NCBI GenBank assembly: GCA_024644535.1
Contig: JAHEKX010000004.1
Coordinates: forward strand, 41,259-105,258
DNA: 64,000 nt
Reading direction: 5' to 3'
Source: Gammaproteobacteria bacterium
GTDB taxonomy: Bacteria > Pseudomonadota > Gammaproteobacteria > Pseudomonadales > Halieaceae
Below are positions 55,916-64,000 of this stretch, piece after piece. The position numbers and the translations under genes were made by a program. The first letter of the stretch is position 1. Each line of letters begins with the position of its first letter. The notes beneath the pieces are model-generated. The model saw only the letters and a program-made list of their open reading frames with translations. It was not told the origin of the DNA and ran no database searches.

Positions 55916-57058
55916 TCACTGCCCTCCCTCGTAGAACTGCTTGATTGTGGTGTTGGTCACCTCACCCCCGTGGGTAATGATGCATCCGGGCAGAATGTCG
56001 TGTTCGAAATCAATGGCGAAGCCGCTGCCCTCTTTATCCCAGCTATCTTCCACTAAATTAAACAAGTTTGAGGCATACATTTGGCTTGCGTCTTTACACA
56101 CGTAATTTGGCAAATTGCCCAGACCCACGATAGTTACTCCGTTTACGGTAACGACCTCATTCGGGACTGAGCCCTCGACGTTACCGCCCGTCTCGGCGGC
56201 CATATCAACCACAACAGAGCCTGACGCCATACCTTCCAGCATATCTTGCGTGACTAACACAGGCGGTTTGCGACCAAACACTTGCGCCGTCGTTATGACG
56301 ATATCAGATTCAGCAATCACAGCTTTTTGAGCCTCGCGCTGCATTGCAATTTGTTCGTCGGTAAGTGCCTTTGCATATCCATCTTTAGTTTGACCAGTTT
56401 CACCCAGGTCAATTTCGAGGAAGGTAGCGCCTAAGGATTGTACTTGCTCGGCCACTACAGCCCGAGTATCAAACGCAGTAACACGTGCGCCTAGCCGCTT
56501 GGCCGTTGCAATGGCTTGTAGACCTGCAACACCAGCACCAATGACGAACACTTTTGCCGGCTTTAGCGTGCCTGCAGGCGTCATCATCATAGGCAAAATG
56601 CGGGGCAAATGCATTGCTCCCAACATGACGGTCATATAACCCGCAAGGTTTGCTTGCGACGACAAGGCATCCATCTTTTGGCTGCGGGTGGTGCGTGGAA
56701 TCATCTCCATGCTGATAGAGGTAACGCCTCTCTCTCGCAAGGCTTCAATAAGTTCACGCTCATTGAACGGATCCAAGTAGCTAACGTGAATGCAGCCCTC
56801 ACGCATGAGCGCCACTTCGTCCAAGCTTGGCTTACGCAAACGCAACAGTAGGTCTGCTTGCGTAAACAACGCTTCCCGGTCAGAGCTTATGCTTGCACCT
56901 GCTTCTTGATATTCACTATCGCTGTAACCTGTTCCTTCACCCAAACCCGCCTCGATAACAACCTCGGCACCAAGACGCACTAGCTTCTTTGCGGTTTCTG
57001 GGGTAACAGGCACGCGATTTTCTCCGGGATGAGTCTCCCGTGGAACGGCTATACGCAT
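55916..57058 (-). CDS. pntAA: NAD(P) transhydrogenase alpha subunit, part 1 (NAD(H)-binding domain)
   Basis: ORF track 380 aa. MRIAVPRETHPGENRVPVTPE N-terminus and the GAGVAGLQAIATAKRLGA Rossmann motif. Confidence 0.95.
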   Translation of the reverse strand: MRIAVPRETHPGENRVPVTPETAKKLVRLGAEVVIEAGLGEGTGYSDSEYQEAGASISSDREALFTQADLLLRLRKPSLDEVALMREGCIHVSYLDPFNERELIEALRERGVTSISMEMIPRTTRSQKMDALSSQANLAGYMTVMLGAMHLPRILPMMMTPAGTLKPAKVFVIGAGVAGLQAIATAKRLGARVTAFDTRAVVAEQVQSLGATFLEIDLGETGQTKDGYAKALTDEQIAMQREAQKAVIAESDIVITTAQVFGRKPPVLVTQDMLEGMASGSVVVDMAAETGGNVEGSVPNEVVTVNGVTIVGLGNLPNYVCKDASQMYASNLFNLVEDSWDKEGSGFAIDFEHDILPGCIITHGGEVTNTTIKQFYEGGQ

Positions 57059-57256
57059 TGCTAAGTTCCCTTGCTGTAATAATGTATGCTATTGCGGGCG
57101 CACAGACTGTGCTTACCACACGCGTTCAATCGCGCCCAAAACCCGACGCGAGAGTTCACTTTATCATACAAAAACTCATCGGCGTATGGTCGAAACTGGC
57201 TATATTGCCCATCCTAATCGCAATGCGTGTCACATAGGCCTGCGCTTACGGGGTGC

Positions 57257-57913
57257 TTAAGAGGCCTTTAACTGCAGGAAAGGGTTCATCCATCGGTGAC
57301 GCAAACGGGTGAATTTCAGTGGCGCATCCAAAACCGCTAGGCAGATACAATCTTCGTGAGCGAGGGCCGCCGGCGAGTGCACATCACCTGATTCACGGAA
57401 CAAAAAGTCACCCGCATGATAGGTGCCTTCCGAGTCGCTAAACCCACCCTCTAGCACTAAGGTCATTTCAGATCCTCGGTGAGTATGCTCGGGAATCACA
57501 CCGCCTGCTTTGATGTGGTATAAAGCGAATTCGTAATACGGATCGCCCGTCGATAAATAGGAAATTCGCAGAGCCGATGTTATTTTTTTCCACGTTAAAT
57601 CGCTGAAATCACCATGCATCAAACGCTGCAGAACGGCTGGAGTGCTTGAGGCGTCATCTCTAGGAGTCTTTGGGTAGGTCAGCGGGGCATCCTCATCCAG
57701 CCTCGACATCACAATGTCCAGTTGACTGTCACTTACATTGGCGGGCTCCAAGTCTTCAAATAAGTTGGCCGCCATCGCTGTTTGTGCCTCAGTAATTTCT
57801 TGGCATTTAGCACAATAGGTCAAATGCAGTGATACGCACGCTGACTGGGCTAACGGCAGCGTTCCAGCGGTAAACTCCGTAAGCACGTGTAAATCGGGGT
57901 GAAACTTCGCCAT
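57257..57913 (-). CDS. chrR: Anti-sigma factor ChrR (zinc-binding anti-sigma domain plus C-terminal cupin)
   Basis: ORF track 218 aa. Has the HxxxCxxC motif (HLTYCAKC) and a cupin-like C-terminal half (HTHRGSEMTLVLEGGF). It starts 5 nt downstream of the ECF sigma gene stop. Confidence 0.85.
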   Translation of the reverse strand: MAKFHPDLHVLTEFTAGTLPLAQSACVSLHLTYCAKCQEITEAQTAMAANLFEDLEPANVSDSQLDIVMSRLDEDAPLTYPKTPRDDASSTPAVLQRLMHGDFSDLTWKKITSALRISYLSTGDPYYEFALYHIKAGGVIPEHTHRGSEMTLVLEGGFSDSEGTYHAGDFLFRESGDVHSPAALAHEDCICLAVLDAPLKFTRLRHRWMNPFLQLKAS

Positions 57914-57918
57914 CTCTC

Positions 57919-58521
57919 TTAATCTTCCATTTGTATCTGTAGCTTTTGAATCGCAAGTCGCACTCGAGACTTGACAGTTCCCAGCGGTAAATCTAACTCA
58001 CTGGCTACTTCCGAATGCGACTTCCCTTCCATGTATACTTTCGCCAATATATGCGCCTGGTCCGCAGGCAGGGTGTTCATCATTGCATGAATCCGATCTC
58101 GCATACGCCGTTGATGCAACATCGCGGCAGGCTCTTCACCGTCCTGATCCAGTGACACATCATCGGCGGACAGCGGCGTATCAAATTTCTGCAACCGCCG
58201 GTATAAATCTGTACGGCAGTTTCGTGCAATCGTATAAACCCAAGTGCTAGCAGAGGCCTTGTCGGGATTGAACCCGTCGGCTTTTTGCCAGACTTTCAAC
58301 ATAACTTCCTGCACCAGCTCGTCGGCATGGTTGGCCGACAGCGTGGAGCCCGACAAGGCAAAGGCTTTGATCAGAGGAGCAAATTGCTTGAAGAAACGCG
58401 CGAAAGCCGAACGGTCTCGGTGTTTCGCAATCGTGCGTAAGCATTGGCTCCACTCATCTGTACGCCGTCCGAATTCAAGGTTTGCCACCTCGTCTCCCGG
58501 CTTTTTTGTCACCACGGACAT
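57919..58521 (-). CDS. ECF RNA polymerase sigma factor (ChrR-partnered, RpoE-type)
   Basis: ORF track 213 aa, trimmed to ATG 58521 (MSVVTKKPGDE...) with AAGGA upstream. Sigma-70 region 2 (LVQEVMLKVWQK) and region 4 (LPLGTVKSRVRLA) are present. The longer start would place a candidate promoter inside the CDS. Confidence 0.85.
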   Translation of the reverse strand: MSVVTKKPGDEVANLEFGRRTDEWSQCLRTIAKHRDRSAFARFFKQFAPLIKAFALSGSTLSANHADELVQEVMLKVWQKADGFNPDKASASTWVYTIARNCRTDLYRRLQKFDTPLSADDVSLDQDGEEPAAMLHQRRMRDRIHAMMNTLPADQAHILAKVYMEGKSHSEVASELDLPLGTVKSRVRLAIQKLQIQMED

Positions 58522-58549
58522 ATCCTTGCCTCGATGTATGTCATAGGAG

Positions 58550-58576
58550 TATACGCACATTTGTGAAGTCGGATCA
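58550..58576 (-). promoter_or_regulatory. Candidate ECF-type autoregulatory promoter of the sigma/chrR operon
   Basis: The minus strand reads TGATCC-N15-CGTATA, about 25 nt upstream of ATG 58521. The same TGATC...CGTA architecture occurs on the opposite strand at 58587-58614. Confidence 0.4.
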
Positions 58577-58586
58577 CTTGATTGAT

Positions 58587-58614
58587 TGATCTGATCTTAA
58601 AAAACCCGCGTAAG
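58587..58614 (+). promoter_or_regulatory. Candidate ECF-type promoter of the oxidoreductase-DUF1365-cfa operon
   Basis: The plus strand reads TGATCT-N16-CGTAAG, about 40 nt upstream of ATG 58655. It is embedded in a TGAT-repeat tract. Confidence 0.4.
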
Positions 58615-58654
58615 TCCTTCTGTAAGAATCAAAATCAATCATACACGCGGGGTC

Positions 58655-59917
58655 ATGCGGGTGAAAATTGCGGTTATCGGCTCAGGCATCTCAGGCCTGA
58701 CCTGCGCCTATTACTTAAGTAAGATGCACGACGTCACGGTGTTTGAAAGCGCCGCGCGCGTCGGCGGGCACACGGCAACCGTTGACGTCCAGTTGGGGCC
58801 ACGAAAATACGCAATCGACACCGGATTCATTGTCTATAACGATTGGACCTACCCCAACTTCATACAACTACTTAACGAAATCGGGGTTAGCTCCAAGGCA
58901 ACCTCAATGGGGTTTAGTGTAAAAGACAGCTCAACAGGACTCGAATATTCGGGCAGCTCGCTGGACACTCTATTCGCGCAACGCCGAAATCTTATGTCGC
59001 CCAAGTTCATTCGCATGGTGCGAGATATTCTCGCATTCAACAAGGATTCACAGAACGATTTAGAGACTGGCGCCTTGCGGGCCGACGAGACATTGGGAGA
59101 ATACCTTCAACGAAAGCGTTACTCTCAGAGTTTTCGACAGTGGTACTTAGTACCCATGGCCGCCGCTATCTGGTCAGCGTCATGGCAGGCCATAGAGTCG
59201 TTTCCAGCGCAATTTTTCCTGCGCTTTTTTAAGAATCACGGATTGCTGAACGTTAAAAATCGGCCGCAATGGCGGGTTATTGATGGCGGGTCACGTGAAT
59301 ACCTTGCACCGCTCATTGCACGTTTTGCGAGCAAAATAGTCACCAAGGCGCAAGTGTCAGAAATCGAGCGCCGCCCAACCGGAGTGCGCTTTAAAGCGGC
59401 AGGTCAAATTCATGAGTTTGATCAGATTGTGATCGCCACCCACTCGGACCAGGCCTTGGCCATGCTCAAAGATGCCTCGCCCGAAGAGCGCAGCATTTTG
59501 GGGGCTATCCCATACCAAACCAATGACGTGGTATTGCACACTGACGATCAAGTGCTCCCGCGGAATCGCAAGACCTGGACAAGTTGGAATTACGCTTTGA
59601 CGCCCGACCGTGATCAGGCAGTCGTGACCTACAACATGAACATTCTTCAGGGTCTAGAAGCGCCCGAGACTTTTTGCGTTACACTCAATCAGACTCAGGG
59701 CATAAATCCCAATAGAATCCTAGGCCGCTTTAGCTATGACCACCCGGTGTTCTCATTAGAAGGTATCGCTGCCCAAGAGCGCTGGCATGAGATCAATGGT
59801 GTCAACAAGACCTGGTATTGCGGCGCTTATTGGCACAATGGCTTTCATGAAGACGGCGTCAACAGCGCGCTCAGGGTCCTGCAGGCCATACCTAAGCAAG
59901 CGAAGGCCGCTGCATAA
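58655..59917 (+). CDS. NAD(P)/FAD-dependent oxidoreductase (amine-oxidase-like)
   Basis: ORF track 420 aa with the N-terminal motif [18 protein letters not shown]. It is the first gene of a three-gene operon with DUF1365 and CFA synthase. Confidence 0.8.
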   Translation: MRVKIAVIGSGISGLTCAYYLSKMHDVTVFESAARVGGHTATVDVQLGPRKYAIDTGFIVYNDWTYPNFIQLLNEIGVSSKATSMGFSVKDSSTGLEYSGSSLDTLFAQRRNLMSPKFIRMVRDILAFNKDSQNDLETGALRADETLGEYLQRKRYSQSFRQWYLVPMAAAIWSASWQAIESFPAQFFLRFFKNHGLLNVKNRPQWRVIDGGSREYLAPLIARFASKIVTKAQVSEIERRPTGVRFKAAGQIHEFDQIVIATHSDQALAMLKDASPEERSILGAIPYQTNDVVLHTDDQVLPRNRKTWTSWNYALTPDRDQAVVTYNMNILQGLEAPETFCVTLNQTQGINPNRILGRFSYDHPVFSLEGIAAQERWHEINGVNKTWYCGAYWHNGFHEDGVNSALRVLQAIPKQAKAAA

Positions 59918-60657
59918 TGAATCGCCTGTACGTCGGAACCTTATATCACCGACGCCAAGCACCTCGGCTTCATCACTTTCAGTATTCCGTGTTTCTCCCC
60001 TACTTAAACTTGAACCAACTTTCCCGAACCTTAAGCCAATTGCCAGGGTGGGGCACCAGCCGGTTCAGCATGGCAAAATTCGCACGGTCCGACTTTCTAG
60101 CGCCTCACGATATTGAACTAAGTTGCGCAGTGAAGAACAAAGTTGAAAACGAGTTGGGCTTTCGCCCCACCGGCGATGTTTACTTACTCGCGAATCTGCG
60201 TTATTTCGGATATTCAATAAACCCCATTACCTGTTACTTTTGCTTTGATACCGCAGAGAAGCTTCAGGCCGTCGTACTTGAGGTCACAAACACACCTTGG
60301 GAAGAGCGCATTGCGTACGTGGTGCCGTGCATAGATGGCCAAGCCGACTTCCGCTTTGACAAGGCTATGCATGTATCGCCTTTTAACCCCATGGATATGA
60401 GCTATCACTTTGCGTGTGGCACACCCGATGACAAGCTAAACATACAACTTAAGGTCAACCAGGCTTCAGAACCGATATTTTTAGCGTCACTGTCCTTAAT
60501 GGCCGAACCCCTAACGGCAGAATCCGCCACCGCAATATTGTGGCGTTATCCGCACATGACTCTGAAGGTTGCCGCCGGCATATACTGGCAGGCACTAATA
60601 CTTTGGCTCAAGAGGACGCCAATTTATCCACATCCCAGTAAGGAGCAAGCCTTATGA
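59917..60657 (+). CDS. DUF1365-family protein
   Basis: ORF track 246 aa. The N-terminus [23 protein letters not shown] matches the DUF1365 pattern. ATGA-type start/stop coupling on both sides. Confidence 0.85.
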   Translation: MNRLYVGTLYHRRQAPRLHHFQYSVFLPYLNLNQLSRTLSQLPGWGTSRFSMAKFARSDFLAPHDIELSCAVKNKVENELGFRPTGDVYLLANLRYFGYSINPITCYFCFDTAEKLQAVVLEVTNTPWEERIAYVVPCIDGQADFRFDKAMHVSPFNPMDMSYHFACGTPDDKLNIQLKVNQASEPIFLASLSLMAEPLTAESATAILWRYPHMTLKVAAGIYWQALILWLKRTPIYPHPSKEQAL

Positions 60658-61913
60658 ACAGCCCCAGCGTTGGTAGGATCCGGTTACCCAAACTTGGACT
60701 CCGCCAGGGCAGAAGCAACGTTGCTCGGAAAATATTCCTAGCTTTGCTCCAAAAAACCCAGATCGGTCATCTAGAACTGCAAGAAGGTGATCAGTGCATG
60801 CACTACGGCAAGAGCGACTGCGCCTCGAGCATTAAGGCTAGGGTTTTGATACATGATCAACAGCTTTACCGAGATATGCTAGGGGGAGGCTCAATCGCGG
60901 CGGGCGAAGCCTACATCAGAGGCTACTGGTCGTCACCAGACCTAACCGAAGTGATGCGCTTCTTCAGCGCTAACCTAGCCTTACTGGATGGCTTTAAAAG
61001 CAAACACTCTTGGGTATTTAAGCAGACGCTGCGCTTACAACATTTTTTTAACCGTAACACCCAAACGGGATCCAGGAAAAACATTGCTGCCCACTACGAT
61101 CTCGGCAATGAGTTCTTTCAGCATTTTCTAGATCCAACAATGATGTACTCTGCCGCGGTTTACGAAGAAGCTGGCTCTAGCTTGCACGAGGCCTCCGTGA
61201 ATAAACTTCGCGTTATTTGCCAACAGCTGGAGCTCAAGCCCAGCGACCACTTGGTAGAAATTGGCTCTGGCTGGGGCGCAATGGCGGTATATGCAGCGCA
61301 GAATTATGGCTGCAAAGTGACAACCACTACCATCTCTCAAGAGCAGTTCAAGCTGACCCGTCAGCGTGTTAAACAAGCAGGCCTTGAAGATCGCGTCACC
61401 GTGTTATGTAAGGACTACCGAGACTTACAGGGTCAGTTCGATAAACTAGTGTCTATCGAGATGATCGAAGCGGTGGGCCATGAGTTTTTTGCAACTTACT
61501 TCGCCAAGCTGAGCTCTCTTTTGAAACCCAGTGGCATCGCCGTTATTCAAAGCATCACCATTCCCGATGCGCGCTATGAATCTTACAAGTCCAGCGTTGA
61601 CTTCATTAATCGCTATATTTTCCCGGGCGGTTGCCTACCCTCGCTTGGACAAATTACAAAACACATAGGCGAACAAACAGATCTTGAAATGGTAAATTTG
61701 CGCGACATCACTCACGACTACGCCCGCACCCTTGCCGATTGGCGAGACCGTTTCTCTCAAAATCTTGATGCAATCAAAGCAATGGGCTTTGACGATGATT
61801 TTGAAAGACTGTGGGAGTACTACTTGTGCTATTGCGAAGGCGGCTTTCGTGAACGTGTGATTGGCACCGTCCAGCTGACCTTTGCCAAGCCAGGTTATCG
61901 CCGGCCAATCTAA
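60654..61913 (+). CDS. cfa: Cyclopropane-fatty-acyl-phospholipid synthase family SAM-dependent methyltransferase
   Basis: ORF track 419 aa. [27 protein letters not shown] motif [11 protein letters not shown], and C-terminal [12 protein letters not shown]. Confidence 0.9.
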   Translation: MNSPSVGRIRLPKLGLRQGRSNVARKIFLALLQKTQIGHLELQEGDQCMHYGKSDCASSIKARVLIHDQQLYRDMLGGGSIAAGEAYIRGYWSSPDLTEVMRFFSANLALLDGFKSKHSWVFKQTLRLQHFFNRNTQTGSRKNIAAHYDLGNEFFQHFLDPTMMYSAAVYEEAGSSLHEASVNKLRVICQQLELKPSDHLVEIGSGWGAMAVYAAQNYGCKVTTTTISQEQFKLTRQRVKQAGLEDRVTVLCKDYRDLQGQFDKLVSIEMIEAVGHEFFATYFAKLSSLLKPSGIAVIQSITIPDARYESYKSSVDFINRYIFPGGCLPSLGQITKHIGEQTDLEMVNLRDITHDYARTLADWRDRFSQNLDAIKAMGFDDDFERLWEYYLCYCEGGFRERVIGTVQLTFAKPGYRRPI

Positions 61914-61946
61914 AACGTTGGCCAAGCACGGGGCCAATCAAAAAAT

Positions 61947-62822
61947 TCAAGGTTCGCGCTGCTGCAGTAAAATCGCAGGAACGATCAGAGCAAAGCCCAC
62001 TAGAGTCGCCGGATGTACTGGTTCATCCAGTACCACTTGTATTAAAACCAGCGAAAACACAGGGGCTAAGAAAATTAAATTGGCTACGCGAGCCACATGA
62101 ACCGCTCGCGACAGTGCTTGTGACCACAGCAAAAAAGTCACCCCCATCTCGAACAAACCAACATAGACGGCCGCACCTAAGCCCTGCCAACTAATTTCAG
62201 AAAGCCCACCGCTAACTACCAGATAAGCAATGGCCAAGGGACTAGACATAACAAACATGGCTGCCAAGGCCACATCTTTGGCCTCTTGCAAGCGGGTATT
62301 CGCCAGCCAAAACCCAGCCCACACCAAGGTACTGATCAAGGCCAAGCCTAAACCCACGGTGCTTTGAATGGCACCCAATTTGAAGCTGCCTTCCGTGGCA
62401 ATAATCACCACGCCTAGATAACCTACAGCGACGGCTACTAGATCTTTAGGCAGCAGGCGTTGGCCCAGCACTGGCACGGCCAGTAACGATAAGATAATCG
62501 CCCATGTGTAATTTATGGTTTGAGCCTGTTGCGCCGGCAATAAATCGTAGGCGGTCAGCAGAATCACGTAGTACAGCAAGGGGTTAATGCACGCCATGGC
62601 TAAGTACTTAAAGGGGCGCTCGCGCAAAGCTGCCGCAAGCTCTTTAACCCGGCTTTGCGCTGCCAACCAAAATACTAAAATAAGCGTGGATACTACAGAC
62701 GCGAGAGACACCAAACTAAGCACATCAAGGTAGCGTAGCGCGATCTTAAACGCCGTTGCTACCGTCGACCACAACAAGACCGCACTTAAGCCAAGTATCA
62801 GTGCCTGCTTAGATCTATTCAA
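61947..62822 (-). CDS. EamA/DMT-family transporter
   Basis: ORF track 291 aa, about 10 TM helices, two EamA-like halves. TTG start, so the start is uncertain. Confidence 0.8.
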   Translation of the reverse strand: MNRSKQALILGLSAVLLWSTVATAFKIALRYLDVLSLVSLASVVSTLILVFWLAAQSRVKELAAALRERPFKYLAMACINPLLYYVILLTAYDLLPAQQAQTINYTWAIILSLLAVPVLGQRLLPKDLVAVAVGYLGVVIIATEGSFKLGAIQSTVGLGLALISTLVWAGFWLANTRLQEAKDVALAAMFVMSSPLAIAYLVVSGGLSEISWQGLGAAVYVGLFEMGVTFLLWSQALSRAVHVARVANLIFLAPVFSLVLIQVVLDEPVHPATLVGFALIVPAILLQQREP

Positions 62823-62908
62823 ATAAGACCCCTAAATCCCAAAGTCTGTACCTTGACGCGTTTTTCGGGCATGCTCCCTGACAGTAAATTTTGGGGAGCT
62901 ATTGGACT

Positions 62909-64000
62909 GTGTCGACGCCACTGGAACATCAAGAAGAAACCACCATGCCGCTAGCGCTTGCATTGTTACCCATTGTGTTTTTGATTGCCAGTCTGGGTGC
63001 GTCAGTTTACTTTTTTGGCGCCGATGCCTCGTATGGCGCTAATCAAATCGCGCTGATTCTAGCCGGCTGTATCGCCATGCTCGTTGGCTTAAAACAGGGT
63101 ATCAGCTATGAAGAGCTGCAAGCGGGCTTAACCGAAGGCATTCACGTAGGACTAGGGCCCATTATGATTTTGTTAAGCGTGGGCATGCTCATTGGCACCT
63201 GGATATTAGCGGGCACCGTCCCCGCCATGATTTACTACGGTATCGAGCTCATAAACCCGTCTTACTTTTACGCGACCTGCGCTATTTTGTGTGCGGTTGT
63301 TGCCGTCAGCATCGGCAGCTCGTGGACCGTAGCGGGCACCCTCGGGGTAGGCCTAATTGGTATCGCCGGCAGCTTTGATTTGTCGTTAGAAATTACCGCT
63401 GGCGCGATCATCTCTGGCGCCTATTTTGGCGACAAGCTATCGCCATTGTCCGACACCACGAACTTGGCTTCTGCCGTTACCGGGGTCGATTTATTTCAAC
63501 ACATACGCCACATGCTCTGGACGACCATTCCCGCATTTTTTTTGGCCTGCATCGCGTTCTTTGTTTTGGGCAGCAAGCAGGGCGGCACCCCCACCGATAT
63601 CGATCTGCTACAAGGCGCAATCAACCAACAATTCCAGATTGGCCTACACTTATTAATTCCCTTGGTGGTCATGTTGACTTTGATTACCAAGCGAATTCCT
63701 GCGTATCCCGCCATTGTGATCTCGTCGCTTATTGGCGGCGTTTTTGCGGCAATATTTCAGGCGGACACCGCTGCGGCACTAATTAAAGGAAGCGGTGACA
63801 GCATCAGCGATGTGGTCGTTGGCATTTGGAGCGTTCTATTCAACGGCTTTCAAGCAGATACGGGAAATGCCTTTTTGGACAAACTGCTCAGCAAAGGTGG
63901 TATGTCGTCAATGTTAAATACCATCTGGCTAATCGTATGCGCACTAAGCTTTGGTGGCATCCTAGAGCGTACAGGTATTTTAGACCGTCTAATCGCAATT
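62909..64000 (+). CDS. Na+/H+ antiporter NhaC-family protein, partial (continues past the right window edge)
   Basis: My own translation from GTG 62909 (GGGGAG 10 nt upstream; in-frame ATG 62945 is an alternative) stays open to 64000. It is a polytopic membrane protein containing GAYFGDKLSPLSDTTNLA, which I recognise as an NhaC-family motif. It is not in the ORF track because it has no stop in the window. Confidence 0.8.
   Translation, partial: MSTPLEHQEETTMPLALALLPIVFLIASLGASVYFFGADASYGANQIALILAGCIAMLVGLKQGISYEELQAGLTEGIHVGLGPIMILLSVGMLIGTWILAGTVPAMIYYGIELINPSYFYATCAILCAVVAVSIGSSWTVAGTLGVGLIGIAGSFDLSLEITAGAIISGAYFGDKLSPLSDTTNLASAVTGVDLFQHIRHMLWTTIPAFFLACIAFFVLGSKQGGTPTDIDLLQGAINQQFQIGLHLLIPLVVMLTLITKRIPAYPAIVISSLIGGVFAAIFQADTAAALIKGSGDSISDVVVGIWSVLFNGFQADTGNAFLDKLLSKGGMSSMLNTIWLIVCALSFGGILERTGILDRLIAI

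Noticed and set aside
61918-61937. Hairpin ttggcc-N8-ggccaa between the convergent cfa and EamA genes, considered as a bidirectional terminator.
   Set aside because: The stem is only 6 bp, with an A-run on the plus strand and a weak GTTTTA on the minus strand. This is too weak to annotate confidently.
63535-63542. A T8 homopolymer inside the nhaC-family gene, with competing ORF-track ORFs (63426-63656 plus, 63496-63714 minus). This suggested a possible frameshift or phase-variable pseudogene.
   Set aside because: I translated the 62909 frame by hand through this region. It stays open and hydrophobic and membrane-like on both sides (…TIPAFFLACIAFFVLG…), so there is no evidence of a frameshift.

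Overview
This window is a densely packed chromosomal segment of a gammaproteobacterium. The gene orders ponA/pilMNOPQ-aroKB-gltBD-hemE and argS-SPOR-hslVU-DUF971-ubiE/J/B-hisIE-tatABC resemble Pseudomonas-like or marine gammaproteobacterial core synteny; the taxon cannot be fixed from sequence alone. I support about 60 protein-coding genes. I saw no rRNA, tRNA, CRISPR array, transposase, integrase, phage gene or recognisable defence or toxin system. The left ~18 kb looks more accessory. It holds two SDRs, a MaoC-like hydratase, a tight 4-gene redox/hydrolase operon (KstD-like flavoprotein, SnoaL-like protein, Old Yellow Enzyme, amidohydrolase) divergent from a steroid-5-alpha-reductase-family membrane protein, an atu-like acyl-CoA carboxylase operon with a divergent TetR regulator, and a long-form acyl-CoA dehydrogenase. 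The rest is housekeeping: modABC, cysE, hemE, gltBD, aroKB, type IV pilus assembly, PBP1A, rpmE, priA, argS, hslVU, ubiquinone genes, hisIE, tatABC, an ABC exporter and pntAB. Further right are an ECF sigma/ChrR pair divergent from an oxidoreductase-DUF1365-CFA synthase operon, an EamA transporter and a partial NhaC antiporter. The most unusual structure not explained by genes is a mosaic, partly nested family of GC-rich intergenic repeats. Its ~126-nt core occurs three times in the same orientation, only at convergent gene junctions, and two copies lie inside units bounded by a 16-nt inverted repeat. Three other convergent gene pairs have no spacer at all and share overlapping stop codons in a TTAG/CTAA tetranucleotide. 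I did not find a convincing wholly novel protein system. Several ORF-track N-termini are over-extended and were trimmed using start codon, SD and homolog-length logic. All family assignments come from reading the translations against remembered families, not from database searches.
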